A DNA stretch of 64,000 nucleotides, from assembly GCA_963847705.1 (NCBI GenBank), contig CAWKBC010000032.1:320001-384000 (forward strand). Reading direction: 5' to 3'. The notes beneath the pieces were generated by a model. The model ran no database searches. It had not been told where the DNA came from and saw nothing but the letters and a program-made list of their open reading frames with translations. The first letter of the stretch is position 1; every line of letters begins with the position of its first letter. A program made the translations under genes and the position numbers. This DNA is from an uncultured Pseudomonadota bacterium. Lineage in GTDB: Bacteria; Myxococcota_A; Polyangia; Fen-1088. This document shows positions 1-8,916 of this stretch, one piece after another.

Positions 1-159
1 CTTCGAGTAGTCGAGGAAGATCCCCACCGCCTCGACGGTGAGGCGCTCCCCGCGCCCCGGATCCTTGGCGAACAGCTCGCGCAGGTGCAGCGGCGCCAGC
101 TTCTGATGGTGTGCGGACAGGGCCGACCAGGCCGGCCGGTTTTTGAGCTTTGTAGACAT
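1..159 (-). CDS. pgi: glucose-6-phosphate isomerase, N-terminal part (runs off the window start)
   Basis: Read by hand: MSTKLKNRPAWSALSAHHQKLAPLHLRELFAKDPGRGERLTVEAVGIFLDYSK. Typical PGI N-terminus (LRELF..D..R, LDYSK); GAGGAG RBS upstream. Confidence 0.9.
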   Translation of the reverse strand, partial: MSTKLKNRPAWSALSAHHQKLAPLHLRELFAKDPGRGERLTVEAVGIFLDYSK

Positions 160-291
160 GTCGGTTCTCCTCGCGACCATACAATGTGAGACGCCCCTGC
201 GGAACCGCCATCCGGCCATCGCCGACGCGAATCGGGTAACATTTTGATGACCCGCGGGGCCGGCAGCGACTGGTCTGTTAGAGTCGCCGGC

Positions 292-447
292 ATGGCGATC
301 ACCAAGGTCCCACCGAAATCAGTCCCCTGGCTGCTGGTGCTGTTCGGGATCCTGGGTCTCGCCGGGTTGGTCGGTCTCATGACCGACAACCACATCTGGC
401 CGTTCAACCAGCGGGAAGAGGCTACGAAACCAGCCGGAGCCCGATGA
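292..447 (+). CDS. small single-TM hypothetical protein
   Basis: MAITKVPPKSVPWLLVLFGILGLAGLVGLMTDNH...; one clean hydrophobic helix, GC3-rich codons; 3' end overlaps the SMR gene by 26 bp. Confidence 0.5.
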   Translation: MAITKVPPKSVPWLLVLFGILGLAGLVGLMTDNHIWPFNQREEATKPAGAR

Positions 448-757
448 TCGACCCGATCAGCGTCGTCAGAAACAGGACTCGCCAGAACGTCGCCGGATCG
501 CTGAACACCAGCATGCCGATCGCCGCCGTTCCGAAGGCCCCGATGCCGGTCCAGACGGCGTAGGCCGTTCCCAGCGACAGATCGCGTGTCGACACATTCA
601 GGAAACCGAAGCTGAGCAGCGCGCAGGCCGCGAAGGCGAGGTTGTAGCTCCAGACCTGGAAGCCGTTCGACATCTTCATGAAGGTGGTGAATCCGATCTC
701 GAAGACACCGGCGGCGACGAGATAGATCCAGGGGCTCAAGTGCGCGAGCAATCTCAC
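422..757 (-). CDS. SMR/DMT family small multidrug exporter (SugE/Gdx-like)
   Basis: About 110 aa with 4 TM; W..L..AG.FEI in TM1 and GTAYAVWTGIGA.GT signature. Confidence 0.9.
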   Translation of the reverse strand: MRLLAHLSPWIYLVAAGVFEIGFTTFMKMSNGFQVWSYNLAFAACALLSFGFLNVSTRDLSLGTAYAVWTGIGAFGTAAIGMLVFSDPATFWRVLFLTTLIGSIIGLRLVS

Positions 758-816
758 TTGACCGCCATATCACGATCCCCGCCTCTGGTAGAGTGGGCCG
801 GAGGAAAGTGAAAGCG

Positions 817-1428
817 ATGGCGAGAGCAATTGTGAGTGTCGGGTTGCTGCTGGCGCTGGGTGGCTGCGGATCGAGCAGCGGAACATCGGACGGCGGCAGC
901 GGCGGAACTTCGGGCGTGGCCGGGCATGGCGGTGGCGGCGGCGGTGGAACGTCGGGCAACACCGACGGCGGCGCCACGACCTGCCCGGCGCTCGTGGAGA
1001 TCGGTGGCATCACCAGCACGGGGACGCTCAGCTGGAGGGACAACGGGACGCTCGAGTGCGGCGGGTCGGTCCTGGCCCAGCGCAACCCCGCCACGCTGGC
1101 CGACACCATCGAGATCGACGCCCCCTCGACCACGGCCCACGTCATCGACATCGCGTTGTCGAGCTACAACGGACCGCTCGGCGGGACCTACAGCTGCCAG
1201 ACGGGGAATGGATCGACCGCCCCCAACGTGATGCTCGAGGTGGCCGGCCTGAAGTCGGGCGGCTTCGCCGCGATGTCGGACTGCACGATCACCATCGCCT
1301 TCACCACGGACAGCGCGGGGACCGAGCACGCCAAGGGGACCTTCTCGGGCACGGTGACCGGCGACGGCGGCACCGACGTCATCACGGATGGGACCTTCGA
1401 CATCACGGTGACGATCCAGGGCGGCTGA
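817..1428 (+). CDS. hypothetical lipoprotein with Gly/Ser linker
   Basis: Signal peptide with lipobox LGGC, Gly-rich linker, beta-rich domain ending GTFSGTV...ITDGTFDI. Confidence 0.75.
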   Translation: MARAIVSVGLLLALGGCGSSSGTSDGGSGGTSGVAGHGGGGGGGTSGNTDGGATTCPALVEIGGITSTGTLSWRDNGTLECGGSVLAQRNPATLADTIEIDAPSTTAHVIDIALSSYNGPLGGTYSCQTGNGSTAPNVMLEVAGLKSGGFAAMSDCTITIAFTTDSAGTEHAKGTFSGTVTGDGGTDVITDGTFDITVTIQGG

Positions 1429-1447
1429 ACGCCCGCCGCGGTCGGAC

Positions 1448-2002
1448 ATGCATGCGCTCCTGACGGCCGCAGTGCTCGCGGCGGCTCTGCAATCCGAGGC
1501 CGTCGACGGACCCGTCGCCGGAACCCATGCCGAACCCATCGCCGACCCGGTCGAACGGCCGGTCGCCGTCGGTGACGCGGCCCCCAAGCTGGAGGCGGTG
1601 ACGCCGGACGGCGCTGCCGTCGCCGAGGACTGGTCGAAGGGCGACGTGGTGGTGGTCGCCTTCTTCGCCACCTGGTGCGGCCCCTGTCACCGGGCGCTGC
1701 GCGAGCTCGGCGCCATTCGCCAGACGCTGGGCCCGCGCCTCCGGTTCGTGCTGGTCGAGGCCGGTGACGACGCGGCGGCGATCAAGAGGTTCATCGCCGC
1801 CAACCCGCTGCCCGAGGGGGCCGTGGTGGTCACCGATCCGTCCGCCAGCCTCAGGCGGCGCTGGGGCTGCACCATCATCCCGAGCTTCTTCATCGTCGAC
1901 GGGACGAAGACCGTCCGCTACATCAACCACGGCTGGGGTGACAGCTCCGAGCCCCACTTCCTGCGCCGCCTGCACATCGTTCTCGGCGACGCCGTGCGGT
2001 GA
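1448..2002 (+). CDS. TlpA/ResA-type thiol-disulfide oxidoreductase (redoxin)
   Basis: FFATWCGPC motif, cis-Pro loop IPSFFIVD, signal peptide. Confidence 0.85.
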   Translation: MHALLTAAVLAAALQSEAVDGPVAGTHAEPIADPVERPVAVGDAAPKLEAVTPDGAAVAEDWSKGDVVVVAFFATWCGPCHRALRELGAIRQTLGPRLRFVLVEAGDDAAAIKRFIAANPLPEGAVVVTDPSASLRRRWGCTIIPSFFIVDGTKTVRYINHGWGDSSEPHFLRRLHIVLGDAVR

Positions 2003-2017
2003 CTGCCCGCCGGTGAA

Positions 2018-3019
2018 TCAGACCGCGTGCTGCAGGACGGCGCGGTAGCGGACCTTGCCGGCCTCCAGCCGCTCGCGGACCTCGTTGGCGCGCGCCAGGG
2101 GATAGAGCTCGATCTTCGGTTTGACCTTGCCGGCGGCGGCGAGGGTCAGCGTCTCGAACAGATCGGAGCGCTCGTCCTGCGAGCTGCCGCGGAGCTGGCG
2201 CTGTCCCCACATCAGGTGCATCGGATTGATCATCAGCGGCCCGTCCGGCACGCCCATGTTCACGAAGCGGCCTTGCGGACGCAGGCCGGCGAACGCCGCC
2301 GCGATCTGCTTGGCCGAGTTGGTCGTCGAGAGGATCACGTCCGCGCCCCCCGCGGCCTGCAGCGCCTTGCCGGGATCGTCGCCCGCCAGCAGCACCTCGT
2401 CGGCGCCGAAGCCCATCAGCTCCGCCTTCTTGTCGGCCTGCCCCGTGATCGCGAAGGTCTCGAGCCCGACGGCCTTGCTCAGCTGAAGCGCCATGTGCCC
2501 GAGCCCGCCCATCCCCAGGACCGCCACCCGCTCACCCGGCCTGGGATCGCCGTTGCGGAGGCCGCTCATGACGGTGTAGCCGCCGCAAAACAGCGGCGCC
2601 GCCACCTCGTACGAGAGCCCGTCGGGGATCAGCGCGCAGCCCGACGCCCAGGCCAGCATCAACTCCGAATTGGCGCCCCCGAGGTGCATCCAGCTCTGCG
2701 CGTTCGGACAGCGATCGGGCCGCCCCGCCTGACAGACGGCGCAGCGCCCGTCCCCCTTCTGATTCCAGAACACGCCGACGCGATCGCCGACCCTCAGATC
2801 CAGCACGCCGGCGCCGAGCTCGACGATCTCGCCGGCCGGCTCGTGCCCGAGGACGATCGGCGTCTTCGCGCCGAGGTGCCCGTGGTGCGCGTGCAGATCG
2901 GTCCCGCACATGCCGCTCGCGTGAATGCGAATCAACACCTGCCCCGGCGCGGGGCGCGGATCGGGCAGGGTCTGGAATTGCCAATCCTTGTTGAACTCGG
3001 TGAGAACGGCGGCTCGCAT
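2018..3019 (-). CDS. zinc-dependent alcohol dehydrogenase (MDR)
   Basis: GMCGTD, GHE, structural Zn Cys cluster (first Cys replaced by Asp), G.GGLG Rossmann motif. Confidence 0.92.
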   Translation of the reverse strand: MRAAVLTEFNKDWQFQTLPDPRPAPGQVLIRIHASGMCGTDLHAHHGHLGAKTPIVLGHEPAGEIVELGAGVLDLRVGDRVGVFWNQKGDGRCAVCQAGRPDRCPNAQSWMHLGGANSELMLAWASGCALIPDGLSYEVAAPLFCGGYTVMSGLRNGDPRPGERVAVLGMGGLGHMALQLSKAVGLETFAITGQADKKAELMGFGADEVLLAGDDPGKALQAAGGADVILSTTNSAKQIAAAFAGLRPQGRFVNMGVPDGPLMINPMHLMWGQRQLRGSSQDERSDLFETLTLAAAGKVKPKIELYPLARANEVRERLEAGKVRYRAVLQHAV

Positions 3020-3105
3020 GGGTGTCTCCTTCGCGGTGCCGCAAGCCTAGGCGACGGGCGGCGTCGCGGCACGCGCCCATCGGACACCCGCGCTTCCCCG
3101 CGCCG

Positions 3106-3594
3106 TCAGGGCTTGGCGGCTTCGAGCTTGTGACAGTTGGCGCACCCGAAGGCCCCCTTCACCGGGTTCTTGGGATCGAAGACGGGGAGATCGAGCAGCT
3201 TGCCCATCGCGGGCTCCACCTTCTGCGCCATGAACTCCGTCCACCTGGGCCAGGTCGGCTCCGCCTTCATCTTGGCCTGAAAGGCCTCCGGCGTGTTCGG
3301 CAGCGGGTGGATGTCATTGCTCGGCATCTTGAACTTGCGGTCGGCGCCGTCCCGGCCGTGGCAGGTGACGCAGGTGAAGGTCTTGAACTCCTTGGCGTCG
3401 AACGCCTGGAAGATCGGCTTCATCGTCGGGGTGACGGAGACCTTCATGTAGGCCTTCTTCTGCTCGAAGGTCATGTCCTTCCAGGCGACCTCGGGCGGGC
3501 CGACGGTCTTTCCCGAGGCCAGACGAACGCCTGAAGGAATCAAGAGCAGCGCGAGGGTCGCGGTCACCGTGAAAGCCAATGAGCGTCGATGCAT
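3106..3594 (-). CDS. secreted diheme c-type cytochrome
   Basis: Signal peptide and two CxxCH motifs (CVTCH, CANCH); start chosen at MHRRS. Confidence 0.75.
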   Translation of the reverse strand: MHRRSLAFTVTATLALLLIPSGVRLASGKTVGPPEVAWKDMTFEQKKAYMKVSVTPTMKPIFQAFDAKEFKTFTCVTCHGRDGADRKFKMPSNDIHPLPNTPEAFQAKMKAEPTWPRWTEFMAQKVEPAMGKLLDLPVFDPKNPVKGAFGCANCHKLEAAKP

Positions 3595-3731
3595 CCCGCA
3601 TCGATGCCTCGTTCTGGCTGAGGTTACAAATATTTCATCGCCGGCCGCTGACGATTTGCCAGGCGCCCGCGCGGGACGGGAACTTGGTACCATGGCCAGT
3701 TCGCTGGGCGTTGCGGGGCCGTGAGTCCGCC

Positions 3732-4889
3732 ATGATCGATCCCGAAGAGGCGTATTCAGATCTGCCCGAGGGCAGCGCCGTTTGCGGTGTTTGCCAGGGG
3801 CCGTTGCCGGCCACGCGCTATGCCCACGTCGACGCCCGATCGGTGGTGGTCCTCTGCTCGGCGGCCTGCCTTCGCGAGCTCACGCGCGCGCGCCGCCACC
3901 TGCGGTGGGCCGAGCAGCGACGGCGCACGGCCCGAGCCGCCCGGGTCGTCATCCTCGGCAGCGTCTTCCTGACGCCGCACGGTGGACCGCCCGGCCACTG
4001 GCGGCTCGCCCACGCTGGGCCCGCGCCCCTGCCTGCGCCGCGACCCCTCGGTCCCCCGCCATTGCCTCCGGGGTGGTTCGGTCCCGAGTGGCCACCGACG
4101 GAGACCAGCTTCCTGGCGTCGCTGGGGCAGGACGCCTGGATTCATCCGCTGTCGGGGCCGGTGCGGCGCATGCCGCGCGCCGATTCGCGGGTGTTCGGCG
4201 CGGTGCGGCCCGGCGCGCGTCCGGCGGAGTGCCGCAATGGCCACTGCGGCGTCGACCTGGGCGGCGAGATCTGGGGCGAGCAGGTCCACGCCGTCCACGA
4301 AGGCGTGGTCGACTTCGTGCAGAGAAACGCCAACCCGGATCGCGGCGGCGAGTTCGTCCGCCTGTCGCACCGGGACGGCACGGTGTTCACGTGGTACTTC
4401 CACCTGGCGGCGATCCCGAACGGTCTCGAACGGGGCGTGCAGGTCAAGAGCGGCGACGTCATCGGCCTGCTCGGCGACACCGGCGTGAAGGAGTCGGCGC
4501 CGCACCTGCACTTCGCCATCTCGGTGCGGCCGTGGAAGGACGGGCCGGAGCGCTACCTCGATCCGGAGCCGCTCATCGCGCTGTGGCCGGTGCGCGTCCC
4601 CGTCGACGGCGGCGAGGCGGGCCTGGTCACCACGCTGGCCCGGCCAGGGATGCCGCTCGGCTCGGCGCCCCTGCTCTCGGCGACCGCGCAGAAGCGCAAG
4701 GCGGCGAAGCTCGCCAAGCTGAAAGGGGGCGGGCCCGGCGGCTCTCATGTGGCCGGCGCGGCCGCCGACGACGGCGCCGCCGGCGACGTGGGCGAATCGT
4801 CGGACGAGGCGAGCGGCGCCGGCGACGCGGCGCCGGCGCCGGCCGACCGCGGGGCCGAGACCACGCCCCCGGACACGGGGGACGAGTAA
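3732..4889 (+). CDS. M23 family metallopeptidase with N-terminal Cys motif (TRASH-like)
   Basis: CGVC...CSAAC, Pro-rich linker, HCGVD (HxxxD) and PHLHF (HxH) intact; acidic tail. Confidence 0.85.
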   Translation: MIDPEEAYSDLPEGSAVCGVCQGPLPATRYAHVDARSVVVLCSAACLRELTRARRHLRWAEQRRRTARAARVVILGSVFLTPHGGPPGHWRLAHAGPAPLPAPRPLGPPPLPPGWFGPEWPPTETSFLASLGQDAWIHPLSGPVRRMPRADSRVFGAVRPGARPAECRNGHCGVDLGGEIWGEQVHAVHEGVVDFVQRNANPDRGGEFVRLSHRDGTVFTWYFHLAAIPNGLERGVQVKSGDVIGLLGDTGVKESAPHLHFAISVRPWKDGPERYLDPEPLIALWPVRVPVDGGEAGLVTTLARPGMPLGSAPLLSATAQKRKAAKLAKLKGGGPGGSHVAGAAADDGAAGDVGESSDEASGAGDAAPAPADRGAETTPPDTGDE

Positions 4890-4892
4890 GCG

Positions 4893-5867
4893 ATGGCCAC
4901 GCTCGTCTGTGTCGTGTGCAAGACCGAGCTCGGCGACGGTCAGGGCGCCAGCGACGGCAGCGGCGCCGTTCATGCCGCCGGCGACGGCAGCCGCGACGGC
5001 GAACGTTTCGTCCTGCTCCGCGGCCGGCGCGAGGAGGTGCACTGCTCGCAGGTCTGTCTGGTGGCGAACGTGGAGCGGCGCCGGCTCGCCCGCGCCGCCG
5101 TGCGCCGGCGCTGGCTGCTGCGCGCGACCGCGGTCGCGGTGATCGTCGTCGGCGCGCCGAAGCTCTGGCACCGGGTGCGCCTGCCCCAGCCGCAGTCGAT
5201 CTCCTTCGACCCGCCGGAGTACCGACCGCCCCGGGAGCCGCGTCCCGAGCCCCCCATGTTCGGCCCGGCCTGGCCCCCCACCGACGAGGACTGGCAGACG
5301 GCCTTCGCCCACACCACCTGGGCCTACCCCCTGCCCGGCCCGGCGCGCCGCGCGCCCGCCGCCGACGCCCGCATCCTCACCACCCGCCCCTCCGCGAACC
5401 GCCCCGGCCCCGTCTGTCGCGCCCCCGACAAGTGCGGCGTCGATCTGGGCGGCGAGCTGTGGGGCGAGCACGTCTATGCCGCGCACGACGGCGTCGTCGA
5501 TCGCGTCCAGCACCTCGCCGGCGACGAGCGCGGCGACGTCTACGTCCGCCTGGCCCACTTCGGCGGCATGGTCTTCACCCACTACGATCACCTGGCGGCC
5601 GTCCCGCGCCGCATCGTGCGTGGCGCCCCCGTCAAAGCCGGCGATCTCATCGGCCTGGTGGGCGACACCGGCAACGAGCACCCCGGCCGCTACCTCCACT
5701 TCGCGCTCTCCGTGCACCCCGCGAGCGAGCTCCCGGAGGTCTACTGGGACCCAACCACCTTGATGACCGCGTGGCCGCTGCGGGTGCCGCCGCACGGGAC
5801 GGTCGCGGGATTCGTGCCGTCGCAGAGCGACCTCACCCTGCCGGCATTTCACAGGCGCGCGCGCTGA
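4893..5867 (+). CDS. M23 family protein, degenerate active site
   Basis: CVVC...HCSQVC, TM, Pro-rich linker; paralogous M23 domain with KCGVD and YLHF in place of HxxxD and HxH. Confidence 0.82.
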   Translation: MATLVCVVCKTELGDGQGASDGSGAVHAAGDGSRDGERFVLLRGRREEVHCSQVCLVANVERRRLARAAVRRRWLLRATAVAVIVVGAPKLWHRVRLPQPQSISFDPPEYRPPREPRPEPPMFGPAWPPTDEDWQTAFAHTTWAYPLPGPARRAPAADARILTTRPSANRPGPVCRAPDKCGVDLGGELWGEHVYAAHDGVVDRVQHLAGDERGDVYVRLAHFGGMVFTHYDHLAAVPRRIVRGAPVKAGDLIGLVGDTGNEHPGRYLHFALSVHPASELPEVYWDPTTLMTAWPLRVPPHGTVAGFVPSQSDLTLPAFHRRAR

Positions 5868-5880
5868 GCAGGGTTGGTGT

Positions 5881-5933
5881 CGTCCGACGAATCCACCGAT
5901 CGACATCTGCATCTGCACGATCAGTTTGCGCCT
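5881..5933 (-). pseudogene. remnant of a DHFR/RibD-C family gene N-terminus
   Basis: Minus strand reads RKLIVQMQMSIGGFVG, resembling the RibD_C/DHFR-family start MRKLI..M.MSLDGF; similarity ends after about 17 codons. Confidence 0.5.
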
Positions 5934-6010
5934 CGTTTCGCACATCCAAGACGCGCCACGGGCCTGTCAAAGCTCGCGCCATGGCATCCGGGAGGTCATG
6001 CTGAGCCCCG

Positions 6011-7021
6011 ATGACGGCACTGTACCGGGCGATGATGGTGACGAAGGCCGGCGGCCCGGAGGCGCTCACCTGCATCGAGCAGCAAGTCGAAGAACCGCGC
6101 GCGGGCCAGCTGCGCGTGCGCGTGCATGCGGCCGGCGTCGGCTCGACCGACCTGATGCTCCTGGCCGGCAAGTACCGCTACGTCCCCAAGATCCCCGTCG
6201 TCCCGGGCTACGAGATCGCGGGCGTCGTCGACGCCATCGGCCCCGGCGTCACCGGCTTCACCCTGGGCCAGCGGGTCGCCGCCCTCACCGTCTACGGCGG
6301 CTTCGCCGAGCTGGTCGTGCGCGAGGCCGAGCACTTCCTGCCCATCCCCGACGGCGTCTCCGACGTCCAGGCGGCGGGCGCGATCCTGAACTACGTCACC
6401 GCCTGGCAGATGATCCACCGCGTGGCGAAGGTGAAGTCCGGCCAGACCGCGCTGGTCACCGGCGCCGCGGGTGGCGTCGGCACCGCGGCGCTGCAGATTT
6501 TGCGGCTCGCGGGCGTCAAGACGTACGGCGCCGCCTCGGCGAAGAAGCACGAGACGGTGAGCAAGCTGGGCGCGATCCCGATCGACTACCGCGCGGGGCG
6601 CCTCGATCGCCTGGTGCGCGAGCTGGAACCGCGCGGCGTCGACTGCACGTTCGATGCGGTCGGCGGCGCCAACATCGGGCTCTGCATCCGCGCGACGAGG
6701 ACCGGCGGCACGGTCGTCGGCTACGGCTTCATGGGCGTCAAGGGAACGGCCGCGACGCTGCTGATGTTCGGGAACCTGTTGGTTGGCGCGCGGCTGCGCA
6801 GACGGCGCGGCGCGTTCTACGGGATCACGATGCTGTACCGGAAGAACCCGAAGCCCCTGCGCGAAGACCTGCCGAAGATCTTTGCGCTCATCGCCGAGAA
6901 GAAGCTGGAGCCGGTCGTGAGTGCGACGTTGCCGCTCGGTGAGGCGCGGCGGGCGATGGAGATGCTGGCTGAGGGGACGGTTGAGGGGAAGATAGTGCTC
7001 ACGCCTCTGGCGTCCGGCTAG
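6011..7021 (+). CDS. MDR family NADPH:quinone oxidoreductase-like protein
   Basis: VPGYE, TGAAGGVG, GKIVL C-terminus; no Zn ligands. Confidence 0.9.
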   Translation: MTALYRAMMVTKAGGPEALTCIEQQVEEPRAGQLRVRVHAAGVGSTDLMLLAGKYRYVPKIPVVPGYEIAGVVDAIGPGVTGFTLGQRVAALTVYGGFAELVVREAEHFLPIPDGVSDVQAAGAILNYVTAWQMIHRVAKVKSGQTALVTGAAGGVGTAALQILRLAGVKTYGAASAKKHETVSKLGAIPIDYRAGRLDRLVRELEPRGVDCTFDAVGGANIGLCIRATRTGGTVVGYGFMGVKGTAATLLMFGNLLVGARLRRRRGAFYGITMLYRKNPKPLREDLPKIFALIAEKKLEPVVSATLPLGEARRAMEMLAEGTVEGKIVLTPLASG

Positions 7022-7203
7022 CCAAGCCGGAAGAATCACGAGCCAATCGCGCTCGAGGGGCTTCAGAAGCGCTGGCCTGAGATCGTGATCTTCTGTCCGA
7101 CGGAAACCTGACCGCCGACCCTCGGATCTGGATTCGTCACAACGGCGGTGCCGAGGGTCGTACCCTGCGAGTTTGGCGCACCAGCAATGCGAGATGGACG
7201 ACA

Positions 7204-8187
7204 ATGGGCTCCCGACACGACGACCGGCGTATAACGGCGCCCAGAATGGTCCTCGAAGAGTCCCTGCCCCCCGATCTCAGAGGCCCCACCACCACGATCA
7301 CCCCGATCGCCGCTGGCCTTTCGGGCGCAGGCGTCTACCGGGTCGACGGCGACGGCCGGGCGTTCGTGCTCAAGGTTGCCGGCCCGGCCGAGGATGGCGG
7401 GGACTGGCGGAGTGCGCTCGAGATCCAGCGTCTGGCCGCGGACGCGGGGCTCGCGCCTGCCATCGTTCACGTCGATGAGGCGCGGCGCGCGGTTGTGACT
7501 GCCTTCGTCGCCGATCGTTCGTTCGCCGCTCTGTATCTCGATCCGGGCACCCGCGAAGCGGCGCTGAGCCTGCTCGGTCGTACGGTGCGACGGATCCATG
7601 CGCTCCCCGTTCCGTCTGCGGCACGCGTCCGCGAGCCCCGCACGTTTCTTGCCCAGCTCTCCGCCGGTCTCCAGACCGGCTTTGCCCTCCCTGAGCTCGC
7701 GGCCAGCGCGATCCAGCGCGCGCTCACCGAGAGTCCACCGCCCGACCGCGGCGCGCTGGTCCTCGGACACAACGACCTCAACCCCACGAACTTCATCTAC
7801 GACGGCGAGCGCCTCCTGGTCCTCGACTGGGCCGCCGCGGGGCCGATGAATGCGTTCTACGATCTCGCGGTGCTCGCCGTGTTTCTGCGGATGGACGAGG
7901 GCACCTGTCGTGCCCTGCTCTCGGCTTACGACGGCGCACCTGCGACTGCCCTCCCCGACCGCTTCCTCTACAGCCGCCGGCTGGCCGCCGCGCTCGCCGG
8001 GACGATGCAGCTCTTTGTCGCGCGGCAGATGAAGCACCCCGGCGCCACCGGCGCGGAGAGGCTCGACTCCACGCTCACGCTCGGCGAGTTCTATCAGCGG
8101 ATGCGGACCGGCGAGCTGAAGGTCGGGACCGCCGACGGCCAGTGGGCGTTTGGTCTGGCGCTGCTGAAGGAGAGCCTCGCGCTCTGA
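7204..8187 (+). CDS. APH/choline kinase-like phosphotransferase
   Basis: GLSGAGVY loop, LK, HNDLNPTN Brenner motif, LDW. Start may be 7246. Confidence 0.85.
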   Translation: MGSRHDDRRITAPRMVLEESLPPDLRGPTTTITPIAAGLSGAGVYRVDGDGRAFVLKVAGPAEDGGDWRSALEIQRLAADAGLAPAIVHVDEARRAVVTAFVADRSFAALYLDPGTREAALSLLGRTVRRIHALPVPSAARVREPRTFLAQLSAGLQTGFALPELAASAIQRALTESPPPDRGALVLGHNDLNPTNFIYDGERLLVLDWAAAGPMNAFYDLAVLAVFLRMDEGTCRALLSAYDGAPATALPDRFLYSRRLAAALAGTMQLFVARQMKHPGATGAERLDSTLTLGEFYQRMRTGELKVGTADGQWAFGLALLKESLAL

Positions 8188-8215
8188 GCCGCGAGGCGCG
8201 CTCGCCGCCTCATCA

Positions 8216-8331
8216 GTTTGACTCGTCCAACGCGCGGCCTTCACCCGCCGCCGTTGGACTCGTCCAACGCGCGGGCCTTCACCCGCCGCCGTTTGACTCG
8301 TCCAACGCGCGGACCTTCACCCGCCGCCGTT
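8216..8331. repeat. three 37-38 bp tandem repeats with internal hairpin
   Basis: Unit GTT(T/G)GACTCGTCCAACGCGCGG(A/G)CCTTCACCCGCCGCC at 8216, 8253 and 8291; no unique spacers. Confidence 0.95.
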
Positions 8332-8916
8332 GCTCTGCGCGCACACCGCCGTGCACTGGTCGTAGGGCGCCGTCAGCGCCGTGAAGTTGGGGCAGGACGT
8401 CCCGTTGAAGAGGCCGCCGATGCAGGTGGCGCAGGCGGTGGTCAGGCCGGGGGTGAACCGGCTGCAGGTCGACATGCAGGTGTTGAGGCTGTTGTAGTCG
8501 GGGCAGAAGCACATCGCGTTGGTGCAGAGGCTGTGGGTGCACTCCAGCATGACCAGGCAGGTGGGCGACTTCATGTCGGCGTTCAGCTGCTTGGGGTTGC
8601 AGGCGTCGGCGTTCAGCAGCGCCGCGCACGCCTGTGAGGTGGCCACGGTGGCGGTGCAGTCGGACGCGATGGAGGTGCACACGCCCGGCGGGGTGACGTT
8701 CACCGACCCGTCGGCGCCGCAGGAGACCGTGCCGGTTCCGTTCGCGGATTCCTCGGCGCAGAGCTGAATGAGCTCGGCGCGCGAGAGGTCGACCAGCTTC
8801 GTCGAGGGTCCGAACCCGCTGGCCGAGCCGTCCTTGTTGCTGCTGCTGCCCGAGCACCCCGCCACCAGCGCGACGACCACCGCCGCCGCAATCGCCAGGC
8901 GCGACATGAAGCGCAT
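8317..8916 (-). CDS. Cys-rich hypothetical lipoprotein
   Basis: MRFMSRLAIAAAVVVALVAGC lipobox; many Cys through the mature domain. Confidence 0.8.
   Translation of the reverse strand: MRFMSRLAIAAAVVVALVAGCSGSSSNKDGSASGFGPSTKLVDLSRAELIQLCAEESANGTGTVSCGADGSVNVTPPGVCTSIASDCTATVATSQACAALLNADACNPKQLNADMKSPTCLVMLECTHSLCTNAMCFCPDYNSLNTCMSTCSRFTPGLTTACATCIGGLFNGTSCPNFTALTAPYDQCTAVCAQSNGGG

Noticed and set aside
758-816. Guanidine riboswitch upstream of the SMR gene
   Set aside because: The gap is under 60 bp and I see no twin ACGR hairpins or ykkC-type motif.
8216-8331. CRISPR array (37-38 bp palindromic repeats)
   Set aside because: Units are head-to-tail with no unique spacers, include a gene's stop codon, and no cas genes are present.
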